From positions 1-46,887 of the forward strand of contig CDMY01000585.1 in NCBI GenBank assembly GCA_001179505.1: DNA of 46,887 nucleotides, in the 5' to 3' direction. This stretch comes from Vitrella brassicaformis CCMP3155. Lineage: Eukaryota; Protista; Chromerida. Every line of letters starts with the position of its first letter. The first letter of the stretch is position 1. Position numbers and translations under genes: made by a program. Below, piece after piece: positions 46,651 to 46,887 of this stretch. The notes under the pieces are model-generated. The model worked only from the letters and a program-made list of their open reading frames with translations. It ran no database searches and was not told the origin of the DNA.

Positions 46651-46887
46651 ATGGATAAGAAGCTTGCTCTCGTCCTTGCTGCCTCCCTCGTAGTTGCTGC
46701 AAGGGGTGAGCACTCCTGTTGAAGACCAAGCCAATCATCAAGAATCGCCACTCGTGCGATTCACTCCTTTCGCCTGCTTGCTGTGTGTCTGCAGCCGACC
46801 CCCCTGCTTGCGGGAGGGCCCTTCAGGATTGTTCGGAGACTAAATGCTGCGAAGACTACGGATACACGTATGTATCTGTGTAGATAC
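46651..46887 (+). CDS. Second copy of the secreted CBM1-like gene (5' part, cut by the window end)
   Basis: ATG GAT AAG AAG at 46651, identical to 43925 onward. Confidence 0.7.

Overview
Intron-rich, GC-rich eukaryotic DNA with short GT-AG introns full of (GT/CA)n tracts and three 300-N gaps. It is probably from the chromerid Vitrella brassicaformis; this is inferred from the sequence style and one gene family recognised from memory, not from a database search. 0.8-17.5 kb is mostly damaged genes: a Cys-rich type-I membrane protein broken by a 25-bp duplication, a fasciclin gene, a multi-pass membrane pseudogene, a PABP-RRM1 fragment, a coiled-coil gene, a lineage-specific family member joined to an LpxH-like metallophosphoesterase, and an internally duplicated ankyrin gene. 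Two apparently intact minus-strand genes follow: CHMP7-like (18.7-21.7 kb) and a 4xCCCH zinc finger + NYN/PIN nuclease (23.7-26.2 kb). 26.5-36 kb is a nest of repeats and mobile DNA: a 3-kb 60-bp satellite, an AT-rich protein-primed PolB relic (Polinton/PLV-like), a gag-like ORF with two zinc knuckles plus a 520-aa orphan ORF, and a 57-bp AACCG-rich array. The right end has an intact patatin with a bipartite leader, a decayed CRE-like non-LTR retrotransposon, and a secreted CBM1-like protein gene whose 5' part is exactly repeated 2726 bp downstream. All gene models were spliced by hand.
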